A stretch of DNA of 63,991 nucleotides, filler included, from Streblomastix strix (taxonomy: Eukaryota): the NCBI GenBank assembly GCA_008636045.1. It is 3 parts of 3 records of this genome, joined end to end, with 100 filler letters (N's around TTAATTAATTAA, not from the genome) between each part and the next. Parts side by side here need not be neighbours in the genome. Positions count along the whole stretch, not along the records: positions 1 to 22,191 come from SNRW01000335.1; positions 22,292 to 44,466 come from SNRW01000336.1; 1 more part is not named here. The stretch is one strand, 5' to 3'. Positions 15,901 through 27,645 of the stretch are shown here, piece after piece (positions within the stretch are counted from its first letter, which is position 1; every line of letters begins with the position of its first letter). Under the pieces are notes generated by a model, which ran no database searches, was not told the DNA's origin, and was given only the letters and a program-made list of their open reading frames with translations. Made by a program: the position numbers and the translations under genes.

Positions 15901-18900
15901 TCTTGTTCCCAGTCTAACTTTTCAAGTTTATCAATTTCATCCTCTTCGCTGCTATTCTCCAATATTGTCAAAGAAGAATTTGAATGAAGAGATTAGATTT
16001 CAGAACCTTGCTGAGCTAATTATTAATTTTGATATTAGACTAATTATGGATTTACTTATTTATTGTCAAAAATCTTGTTTTCGCTTAACTATTTCTCCAT
16101 TTACTATCTCGGAGATATCTGCTAACTCTAATATGAAATATCTGATATAAAAATATTTCGTGGAGAAGGGAATGAAACCTAAGATGGAGAAATCTTAGGA
16201 GAAGGAAGAGGAGATAATTATGAAGATGCAGATGGAGTTGGTTTTGGTGATTATGATGGAGATTATGATGGTGATTATGATGGAGATAAATTATTTGAAT
16301 GTTGTGATTGTGGTGATGTTGAGTGAGTGTTCTGCTGGGATAGTTATGATCCCTGAATGATATATTTTGGTAATGAAACTGATGGATGTGATAGAGGTGG
16401 AAGTGATGAGGACGATTAGAATTAGCGTTGGTTGTAGATGATGTTTTCATTCGTAGTTATAGGGTGAGACATTTTTTATTGTTAATTTGATCTTTATTAT
16501 TAATTAGAAATTTTGTTAAATTTTAGATTGTTTTTTTCTTTATACTATTCAATATCTATATTTTATTGTGCATATGTAACATCTATCTTCAATTATCTTT
16601 TTTATTTTTTCGATTTATTATCATGCTAAAATTTCTAAGATGGAGAATATAGCAATGATAGATTTTAATTTTCGTCTTTTTCATTTAATTATTAATTTTA
16701 ATTATCCTATTAAAACCTATTAATTTTATAATTAATATTGTATAATGAATTTGGATTATTAGATACAATGAAATATTGAAATGAAGAAAGAGATTGAATG
16801 AATATTGGCAAATTATTGTTCTTTCTTGGTTATATGAAATATTAATATTACGATTTTGATTAAAATGATTCTCTTTCTGTTTATCTTAATTCTTCAAACT
16901 TTCTCTCCTTCTCTTCTTCAATAACTTCTTTAAAGAATGAAGAAAAATAACTGTTATTATATTAGTATTAAAATTTATCATTCACTTAATTTTTTTCTTT
17001 ATTGTTTTATTTAGAATTTGTTTAATTCACTATTTCTTCATAACTTAAATCATCATTTTAAATATTCAATTATCCTCTTGCTTTTTTTATTTAATTTTGT
17101 TTCCTTTCATTATTTGTGTATATTGTCATATCATGGAGATTTTCATTGTTAAATTTAATATTAACAGAAGGAAATTTATTCTAAACTCCATTTGATTATT
17201 ATTAAGAAGATTAATGATGTATGATATTTCTGATACTTTCAGGCATTGTTGGAGCATGCGCTGATATTAATGTACCCTTCTTACCCATATCACTAAATTC
17301 AGTATATAAAAGATTTCCAATAAATATTGATGATCGAATTGAAGATTAAGGTTGATAGAAATGTGAATAATAAGAAGAATAAGAAAATTTATTTTGATGC
17401 TGAACTTTCTATTTCTGTAAATATGAAAATTTATTTTCGATTTCTTCAAGTAACAATCCTTATTTCCATTTCTCAATTATGTTCTTCATTTTCTCAGATT
17501 TCTGAGTAATTTTTATATTCTCTTCCAACATCAGTTTATTTTATACTAAAGTATTTAAAGCTGATTGTTGATGAAATTCATTCTTTAAAAATTATTTATT
17601 CTAATTCATATTTTATTATTTTAGTAATAATTATTAAATTCTAATTTGTTAATTGTCAATTTTATTCACCAAGAAATGAATAGGTCCGAGTTCTGGTGAA
17701 GTTAAGTATATTGGAGCAGATAATTATTTCACACTTTATTACCCAGCACTTTATCTGTTTTATATTTCAACTTACAATTAAGGAAAAGGTGGAGTTTTTG
17801 ATAGTAATTAATTTGGATGAAGTGATTTTTACGAAAAATCATTTATAATTTCTTAATTTGAGTAATTTTAATTATTATCTAATAAAAGCTCATCAGGAAT
17901 ATTTGTAGAAATTTAAGAAAGTGTCCGCAATTAATGAGGAGTTTATTACATTAAATATAATGACTATTAAGATTATTAATATGAAGGTTATACTGTTGAA
18001 GAAGTAGTTATACATGCTGTTGACTATTGAACGTTTTACTACTATTAATTTTATTACTATTAAAACAACACCATTCCAGAGCTCAAATTTGGTGCACAGG
18101 GTGGAAGTGGAATGTTTGTTTAGACAACTGAGTATTAAGATGATGATGAAGATGATGATGATGAAGAAGATGATAATTAATTGGATTGGATGGTATTTAT
18201 TGTACCAAAAATATTTTCATTCATTCCTAAAGTATGAATTGTTCCTATTGGACTGCTTATTACTATTTTATCTCTATCTTTTGGAAGTCTTTGCTAATGT
18301 TATAAAGTGTTCATATTTGAATTCAAATTTTAACTTTCATTCAACTTCGCAATCACATTCTAATCATATTCGCTGTAATAATTCGAACTAGATCCATAAA
18401 TACTCAAATTAAACCCATTTTATTGAGCATAAGGGGATAGTAGTGATGCAGGAGACGGAGAAGGTTGAATAGATGATTGAATTGGAGGAGTAATACATTA
18501 TGTAGATAGTGTTATCTGGGGCCATTCGGAGTATTTCAGATTCTTCTAATATTGGCGGTATTATGTATGTAAAGAATCAAGAATTGGAACTGAAGTGAGA
18601 TGTTGTATTGATGAAGTGAATTAATATTATGAATAAAGAGATGAATGCGATTATTGATTGCTGTGAGGAATGAAACTATAGTTATTATTTGTATTAAAAG
18701 ATTATAATTAACTCTAACTTTCATCATCATCTTCTTTTTCTTCTTCTTCAAAATTCATTTAATTTTCTTTTTATTCTGCAACTTTTTTCATTTCTTTAAT
18801 TTTCTCTTTAATTATTCGAATCATCAACCTTTTTCTATTTTCTTTCTGCATTTATGAATAATTGGAAAACTATGAATTTACATATCTGAGTAAATAGGAG

Positions 18901-21900
18901 TAATTCATAGTAATACTTAAGATGAATATTGACGAGTTTAAATATGCAGATGGTTGTAATATAATTGGTTACTTTCTGATGTGATGAAGAAGAAATATTT
19001 CAATTTATGACAGATACTTTATTATACTTTAGAAAGGAACATATTTCTCTTCAATTGGCTGTGATGAAGTGTAGAAATGCGAAGATATATTAAATTGCGA
19101 TAATTAATAAGAAAATTATTATTTTGAATTTGGAGATAATGCTATTGATGATGAAGAGGATTAATGAATACGTTTCTATTTATTTTACTATAACTATAAA
19201 TACTGCATCAACATTATTTCTGAATAATAGTTTCTAGGAAGGAAAGAGAAGAAATTACGAAGAATTGTTGATGCAGATGCAGCATTTCTGTAGTGTTCGA
19301 CAAGCGCCTGCTATGCAAATAGTTGACTATGAGACATGCTCGACTGTTAAACAGGATTAAGAACTTAGTTGGCTGTCTGTATAACACCAGAAACAGCTTA
19401 TTGTGACCAACCAAGCCTCTATAGCCCTTGTTCAATTCCAACTCTGAGACCAACTCCGAGGACTGAATCTTATGACTGATTCTGTTACGATTGATGTTGT
19501 TACTATGTTGTTACTGTAGAAATTGTATTAATACTAGAGTTGGTTCCAAAAAAGTTGGATTTTGTTGAAGGTTATGTATATTTTTAGAAGAAATTGTTTA
19601 GATATTTGAATAAATAGGGGAATAGCTTTCGATGCGATTGAGCTAATGCTATCACTGCTGCTTTATGTTAATATTCCTTGTTTGAATAAAGAAGCTAAAG
19701 TACTTGGTTTAAGCCTGCTTCTGTTTTAAATAATAGTACATTTGGTAATGTTGCGATTTTAATATCATTTCTAGTAATACTGGCATCTAACATATTATTA
19801 TTATATTAAAATTAATTGTCATTGCTATTGGCATTCTTATTAAATAAATTATCTAATTACTTAATATTTTAATTTTAATTTCCACCCATTTACTCATTTT
19901 ACAATTATTTTGGTGCAAAATCTTTCTCACATTCTTACAAAGTCAATTTATTTGATTATTCATCGTAACAAACAGCAAACAAGAATGAAGCGTAGTTCCT
20001 CCAAAGTGAAATGCGTGACAAGTGATAATCATTTGATTGATTAGCTAAACCCAAAGATTAGGGAGAAAATGTTTAGAAAGGTTAATGAAGTGTAGGAGTT
20101 TAAGTTAATGTGCTTTAATCAGACTTTTCTAGAAAATTAGGAGAATGAATTGGACGTGACATCCCTTGCTTATATCCAATAGAATTATTATTCCGATCTC
20201 CGCTTATTGTCTCATAAATATTAATTGCATTCCCAACTACAGCCTATTAATTGATAAAAGGTTTGCTTGATGCTTTACTGCTAATATTTATATTGTGGAG
20301 TCTCTTTGCGATCTCAATCCAAGCTAAAGACACGCTTTCTTTCCTTATGTCCATCAAAACAGAAGCTAGAGAACCCATACAAACTGACCATATCTCTTCA
20401 GGTTGATACGGCCTCAATAAAAATGTAAGGATATTAAGTGGGGAGCAAAAATCGCCAGAACCGGCACCTTTTTGATCAAATGAGGAAATTGATGTGAATT
20501 GTTTCAACCTTTGGTATTCTTTTGTATCTGTAGGAGGTAGTATGCACTGGTGTATTAATGATTCAAAAGTAATATCAGGAGAAAGATCAAATAAGAATGA
20601 GGATAAATGTATGTGATTATGATGTTGATGGTGATTATGATTCTTCTTTCTTTTTCTTTTTTCTATTTAAATTTCTTCATCTTATTTTTAATTGAGCTCA
20701 TTCATGTTCTCATCAAAATCATTTCCTATTTCATCATCATCAAATTATCCATATTAATCTCTATGTCTGAATCTACCTACATCAACATCCACATTCTAGT
20801 TGTCTACTACTTTAATTGTCCTTCTTATTATTTCTTTCTGTTTTTTAATTATTGCATCATAAAGAGTTGGACATGCATTCCATCTCGCTATGTTGATTAA
20901 TTTTTCCATGTCTTGTTCATTCATACTCAAATTAAAATTTATTCCTTTGTTATTAATAGTTTCTTTTATATTCAACTCTGCTATTTCTTTTTATTCTTAT
21001 ATTGGATCAAGCCCATTTATTTCACATAATGAATAGTAAGTCTCTGAAGCAACTCGAATCAGCTAAAAAGCAGCATCTCTTATAATCGAATCAACTGCAC
21101 ACATATATACCAACCCTACAACTTCCATGCTAATCAGAGGGTAAATGGAAAGAACTTCGTTAATCGTCAGAAAAGCACCTTCATATATTCGATATCTATT
21201 TGAATTTGTTGAGTATTAATATTTATTGTTATATTCTTTTGCTAATAAGTCTGCTTTATTCATAATAAACCATTTTTGTGTTTATTTAACTATTTCGCTT
21301 GCATTTCTTGGCAATTCAAATATAGCAGTAATATATTAATTTTCAAGCAGCATACGTTGATATTATTGCTAGTTCTACTACTGTTGAAAATGCGAATAAG
21401 ATGAAAGTGATGCATTTTACTATGAAAAATTAGCGGTATCAGATTTAAATTGAGGCGGACGTTGAAATTGCGATTTAACAGAAAATGAAGACATTGGAGT
21501 AAATTTACTCCCATAAGTAAAATTTCTTCTGTCTATGCTATAAGTCTGTGTGTAGTAATTCGCTATTTGATAATCTCTATTTCCAATTGTCGTATTCTTC
21601 CTTTTCCGCAATGCTCTTTCAACAGCTCTTTCATCATCAATCTAAATTTGCACATTTTTAGCCTTTTTTTAGAATATTTCAATCTTCTTGGATCTGATAA
21701 GATCTCTTCTTTCTGCTTCTATTTTCCACATATCAATTATCAGCCTCTGTTATCTGACTCGATTAATAATTTCATTGTTCTCTGGTTCACCGTATATTAT
21801 TATATGCCTCCAATCTTGTAGTAATTATATCATCTTTCGAATGTGCAGCACAATTCTTTCTGTTCCAGCACCGTCATCAAATTCAAGAATAGCTTTTCTC

Positions 21901-22191
21901 ATACAGGTCAATATTAATGTTCGTGATGATGGGCATGTGCGCATTAAGAATGAAAGTGCTTATCCAGCTGCTGACCTGACAGAATCATTAATATTTGAAT
22001 AGCATGATATACAGAGGTTTATGAAATTTTTTAAATTATTCCTAGATGAAAATTCTTTATTATTAATATTGTCTGAATTGTTTGTATCAATTTAAGAAAT
22101 TGAAATTATTTTTTCAGATTTTTCATCTAAAATTTTTTCAATCTTTTCTATTTCTTCATTGTTTTTTTATTCTTAATTAATTTAAGGTTGA
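964..22191 (-). CDS. FRY: Giant Furry/Tao3/Mor2-like HEAT/ARM scaffold protein (NDR-kinase partner), ~7,000 aa visible, 5' end cut by the contig edge
   Basis: With TAR=Gln, one frame ends ...EYQIVNNLVQTLR-TGA(964-966). It was open at every spot check (3001, 5401, 6001, 7201, 8101, 9241, 10501, 12001, 14761, then 15183, 17283, 18483, 20247, 21420, 22023 after the gap). Conserved blocks in Furry order: WSVCMGSL...SLAWIEIAKRL, SLWRNYASFLFAV, LRFPDAITSFIREIALRL...QILIRFLIPF...LHQLTCAFAVDCKFEITQLWFSLL...NIKAVITYF, PQLLWLCISLIRS. They are separated by Q/N/S/E-rich inserts. Not every codon was checked. Confidence 0.8.
14820..15173. other. Scaffold gap flanked by a 127-bp exact duplication (assembly artefact)
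   Basis: 14820-14946 is repeated at 15047-15173 on either side of 100 N. Collapsing the copies keeps the FRY reading frame. Confidence 0.9.
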
Positions 22192-22291
22192 NNNNNNNNN
22201 NNNNNNNNNNNNNNNNNNNNNNNNNNNNNNNNNNNTTAATTAATTAANNNNNNNNNNNNNNNNNNNNNNNNNNNNNNNNNNNNNNNNNNNN
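22192..22291. other. Artificial contig linker (N-TTAATTAATTAA-N)
   Basis: Standard-code six-frame stop linker inside Ns. Genes on both sides are truncated. Confidence 0.9.
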
Positions 22292-22314
22292 AATGAATAA
22301 AAAAGAATGCTTAC

Positions 22315-23334
22315 CTTGATATTTGTTTAATAGATTTCAATCTTGTTTATACTTCTATTTGATTGAATGAAACAAGTTATTCTTATTCATCAGTGAATCC
22401 CTAAATATGTTGAATACAAATAAATATAATGAATATTAATAATAAAACAACAATATGCACACTCTTGTATAAACATCTTCATCAAAGGCATTATTTTCAT
22501 TGAATCCAAATCCATCTTTACCTTTTCCTTATTAAGAAGAAGATGAACTTGAAGGAGATTATGTTCTGTCAGGTGGAACTGAAACAGAATCTCCTTTTTC
22601 TGATCCTTTTTTCAGCCCTTTATAAATAATGCATAAAAATATGATACTATTAGACTGGATATTAATTAGTCATACTTGTTAAATATTCAACTTATTATTT
22701 TCTAAATTATCTTGATAGGTTTCCAAGTTCAACAGATAGTTCTTACTATATATTTCTTCTTATTTGAAGATTGGCATAACTTTCACCTGGAGGAAGTGGA
22801 AGTGCTGGATTTGAAAGTATTCTGTGATATTCTTCTGGGAAAAGGATTTTAAGACGGTCTTATACTTGTGCAAAGAGCTGCATTCATCAATATAAACAAA
22901 TACAATTGAAATAAATTAAATCAAATCTTATTAATCATACAGTCGTGATGTTATCAGATAAAAGTTCGATGTCATTTGAATTTTCAGGAGCATCAAAATC
23001 GCGAACAAGTGCAGATCCCTGGTACAATTTGGAAATTTCTTTCACTTGATAAAGATACGTAATAATAAAAAAAGCAGAAAAGATAATACAAACATTTTAC
23101 AGAAATTAGCTCAAACTTCTCACGAATATCTTCCTGATTCTAAACCCATCTTGGTTTTATTACTTGTTCATTTCTGTTACTAGATGGCTGCTGGGAAAGT
23201 AATCCTATACCACTCAGAGAATATGGACCATCGTTCAGAGAATAAGGACCACTGCTTAGAGAATATTGACTACCTCTCCCTAATATTTTACTCCGCTCAG
23301 ACAAATAAGCACTTGTAAGATCGCGTGCTGCCAT
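22315..23334 (-). CDS. STX16: Syntaxin-16/Tlg2-like Qa-SNARE, multi-exon, 3' part lost at the contig end
   Basis: N-peptide MAARDLTSAYL, then PRWVQNQEDIREKF, DIELLSDNITT, RNIQQELSVELGNLSRQFRKQQVEYL and GFTDEQ...RLKSIKQI. Short GT-AG introns, e.g. 23045-23093. Confidence 0.85.
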
Positions 23335-24144
23335 TAATATCTGTTGATAAAAGAAAATTGGTATTAAATGATGAAAATTTGATGGATAATATTAATTTAA
23401 TTATATATATAAGAAAACATTGTGAAATGTTGACAAAAAAAATGATTTTATTTTATTCAATATATAACATTTGATTTATTAAATATTATATGTTGTTATC
23501 AACAAAAAATATATTAAAATAATTATTACACAAATATTTTCATTTATATATATTGCAATAAAGGTCAATTCGCACGCTACGAGTGTTTTAAAAAAATGAT
23601 TATTTAGAGTCCATTTCCTAGAATTAGAGTATTATATTACTTATTTATTGTGTAAATCAATTTGAAAATATTAAATGAATTACAAAAAAGCACATGTTAA
23701 CTGCAAATGAAAATAGAATTGGAACTTGATTCTTACCTCCCACAATTAATTACTCCTATTTCTAAAAAAAATTAAATAATATTCATCTTATATATATTAA
23801 TTTTATATTTTTGCAAATTTATAATTTATTTTATGCAATGAATTTTATTTTACAATTTTGTGATGCATTTTCTGCTATAAATACAACATTGTAATTCTAA
23901 ATTTCAATCAGATATAATAAAAATAATTTATTTATAGAGCATTATATAATTATAATAAAAGTTAAACTAAACACAATCCTGAAATATCAATTAGATCTAA
24001 ATTAATTTCTTTGTTTGGCGCTCCAGGCCTCACCATATATATATTTAACTGTTTTTATAACCACTCGACTTATTTTACAATAAATGTTTAATACCGACAA
24101 ATATATTTTGTTATTGCCTTTCAGACTAATATTATCTTGTGTGA

Positions 24145-25509
24145 ATGACTATTGTTCGAGCACAAACACCTCCTGCATCAAAACCGAAATACAAATTGTG
24201 TATAGGCACAGCCATTTTCGAGGAAATTCCAGAGAACGCTGCAAATATTCTAATTTCACCAAGATCTAAACGAGCTCTGACACTTGAAGGAGTCTAACTT
24301 GAAGATATACTACCTGTTAGTATTGAAACAATGGCGCTCAAAGAGAGAGGATTACCAAGGTAAATTCTAGAATCAAAAAAACAACATCGAGATCTTCGAA
24401 GACGAATTATTTTGTAATAAACAAAGGCATCCTACTTAAATGAGATGGAACGTGATAGTCAACCGAAGAAAGAACTTATTGAAGCCAGAAAGACTGCAGA
24501 TTTGTTGATAAAGAAAGAACAGGAAAGAGTTTAACAATTAAGATAAAAAAAGAAATAAAGTATCGAAAAAGTAATCAACGTAGAATTATAAAGAAATGAG
24601 CTGAGCAAGAAGATTCTGAATGATCTTTAGTATAAGGAATAAGAGAGAAAGAAACTTGAGTTAGAAAAGATCGCTTAAATTAAATAAAAGTAAAAAGAAG
24701 CGCAGATTAAAAACTTGAAACAATAAGAAAAATTGAATGAGGCATAAAATGAAAAAATAAAGATGAAAGAACAAGAGTTCGCAGATAAAGAAAGGTTAAA
24801 TGAAGAGAAACGATAATAATTCTAATAAGCGAGGAAAGAAAAGCTATAAACGACTAAAGAAAAGTCAATTTTAAAGCAGAAAGAAATAGATAAAGCAATT
24901 GAATATACAAAGAAGCAAGAAATAGAGAAATAGTAGACAATACTTTAATAATAAAAAGATGCAGAAGAAAGACTCAAATAAATTGAATAGAAGAAGAAGA
25001 AAGAAGAAGAAGAAAAGAGAATGAAAGATGTTGAGAAAGCAAATGAAAGAGAAAAGAAAAGGAAGAAGCTTATTGAAGAAGAAGAGAAGAAAAGAGATGA
25101 ACTTCTGAATAATTAGAAATAAGCAGAGTTGAAATACCAGGAAATGGAATAATAGAGGAAATTGGAATAACTGAGTAAAAGAGAAGCCGAAAAGGTGAAG
25201 AGTCTCACAAAGGAAGAGAACCTTGAGAGGAGGAAGAGGAAGGAGATTGTAAGACTGGATCTAATATAGTAGAGATAATTGGAGCAAGAAAAGATATAAT
25301 AAGAAATTGAGGCTAAGAAACAGTTATTGATTAAATTGAGAATGAATGCAGAATTGTAAGACATTAAAGATAAAATGGAAATGAAGAGTGCTTTGGAGAA
25401 ATTTAGTATCACTGGGATATGGACTCCACCTCCATTCTTAACTTAAGAAAATAATAAAGAGAAAAAGAAAGCAGAAAAGAACGAATCGGAAAAGGATGAA
25501 CAATCTTGA
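24145..25509 (+). CDS. Single-exon coiled-coil protein (~454 aa), possibly DUF4659/CCDC177-like
   Basis: Open frame with TAR=Gln from ATG 24145 to TGA 25507-25509. N-terminal ISPRSKRALTLEGVQLEDIL motif followed by a long E/K/Q/R coiled coil. Confidence 0.7.
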
Positions 25510-25860
25510 ATTCTTCACACAATTCATTTCACTTGAAATATTAGTCATTTTCATTTCTTTGTTAATATAATTAAAACTCTTATTAAAATATTGTTAAATT
25601 ACTTGTTCTACTTGATATTTGCAGCTACTTATTTTTGAGATTGAAGAAGAATTAAGTTTCTGCATGATAATCCACGAATTTGAATGTTAATAATAATTTA
25701 ATCATAATTTCTATTTCTATTTAAATTTTTTCATTCGAAATATTTTATTATAATCTATAAAATAATTTGAATAAATAATTTACAAATTATTTTTAAATTT
25801 TCAGTTTTCAGCTTTATAATTTAATTATTCGGTACAATTTGTAATATTTTTATTAGAATA

Positions 25861-26962
25861 ATGATGTAATAAGGCAAATATCTTACTGGCTATGATAATT
25901 TCTCCATATCTTAAGTCGGGCAGAAATTATAAGAAATTAGTGAGGAAATCAGAGAATTACGAGGGTATTTGTAGATATTTATAATAATTTATTTATTTAT
26001 TATATCAATATATTTATTTTTTTAGAAGTTAGAAAGATTTTTACACCAAAATTGATGATATATCAGGACGTTTGGATGTTATTTGTATGATAAAAATTAT
26101 TTTATTATAAATCATATATAAATTTTTAATTTGTTTAATTGTTGATTTCATTTTATATAGAGAGTGAATTGAATAGGTCCGGTAAATCAGAAGAGTAAGC
26201 CAAACTAAACACAGACCTGATGAATTTAAGGAAAGCTATCGAGGATAAGAAACGCGAAATGAAGAAAAAAGAAATGAATCGATAAAAAACATATCACAGT
26301 AATGAGTATGGAAAGTAAATTTCTTCATTTCTACATTACTTATTATATACCCAATACTTTTATACATTAGAGATGGAGTTGATGAACCGCCTGTTAAGTT
26401 TATATTCATTTAAACAATTTTTATTTTCTATATTATTCTCTTACATTTGAAATTGTTCTTTTGTTAGTACTGAGTATGCAGAAGCTTTATTATAAGAAAC
26501 TGATTACAAAAGAAGGCTTCTTGAATCACGAGAAGAGCAATTCAGAGACATGCATGTTTGTGATATTATTCATTGTTTTAATAATGTATTTTCATTCTAT
26601 CATTCTCAAACTCAGGGTTAAATAGTAGACATTCGAGATATGACATCGGATATTAATGTATTATTAAATTAGTAGACAGGAACACTAGGTTAAATAAATA
26701 ATTTACTTCTGATAATATAATTTATTTTACATTCCTTATATTTATATATATTTTAATTATACGTAGTCTTATTGTGCGTAATCCATATTTAGAGATGGAA
26801 CAGAACACTTTATCAACTGTACAAAATGCAGATAAAGGAGTTGTGCAATTGAAGAAAGCTGATAAATATGATCGTAAAGCAAGAAAGAAAACGTGCTGTA
26901 TTGCTCTCATTGTTGTTATTGTAGTTGCAATTGCTGTGGTTGTTGTTGTGTTGGTGCTGTGA
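25861..26962 (+). CDS. Endosomal Qa-SNARE (syntaxin-7/12/Pep12-like), multi-exon
   Basis: SNARE heptads LLESREEQFRDM..., DINVLLNQQTGTL and MEQNTLSTVQNADKGVVQLKKADKY, then a C-terminal TM anchor CCIALIVVIVVAIAVVVVVLVL-TGA. Confidence 0.85.
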
Positions 26963-27378
26963 TGCATTTTGTTTTAAAGTGAAATGAAATATGTTAAATT
27001 ACTTTATTATTATAGCGATTCTTTATCCACTTCCCTGTTTAATAACTATTTATGAATCGCAAAGTCAATACAAACAAGCCTATATGAGTTCAATCATATA
27101 AATTTATTTAATGAAAATTAATACTAAACATTTTATTTAATTTAAGACATATTAAATATAAGCATAATATAAATTAAAATAAGAATCATACTAGGATAGA
27201 AGCTGAAGTGATATATTTAAATGTTATAAATAATAATGATAATATACGAATACTAATAATAATCACTATTTTATTAATGATTGATTTGAACTCTAAAATA
27301 AATATTTAAATATGTTCCATCTCTAAATATGGATTACGCACAATAAGACTACGTATAATTAAAATATATATAAATATA
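26737..27378. repeat. 66-bp perfect inverted repeat (26737-26802 and 27313-27378)
   Basis: tatatttatatatattttaattatacgtagtcttattgtgcgtaatccatatttagagatggaaca, with its exact reverse complement ~510 bp downstream. Confidence 0.9.
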
Positions 27379-27645
27379 TAAAACACTTATTATGTTAATT
27401 ATGGATAACAAAAACTGTTAATTAAAGCGCATTAATATAATTAAAAATGAAATGTAATTCAAAATATTAAAATAATAACAAACAAAAATATAAAATTAAT
27501 ATGAAAAAAATAACTTATTAAATGAATGATTAATGTGCATCATCGAAATAATAGAGATGCAATTAATTGTGAAATAAAATAAAAAAAAATAAAATTAAAA
27601 AAAATAAATATTTTTTCCTATTTGTTATTTTCTTGTTATATTCAT

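Noticed and set aside
22236..22247. TTAATTAATTAA palindrome (also near 44511) and an apparent STX16-Furry fusion on the same strand
   Set aside because: It is an artificial contig linker, so adjacency across it is not biological.
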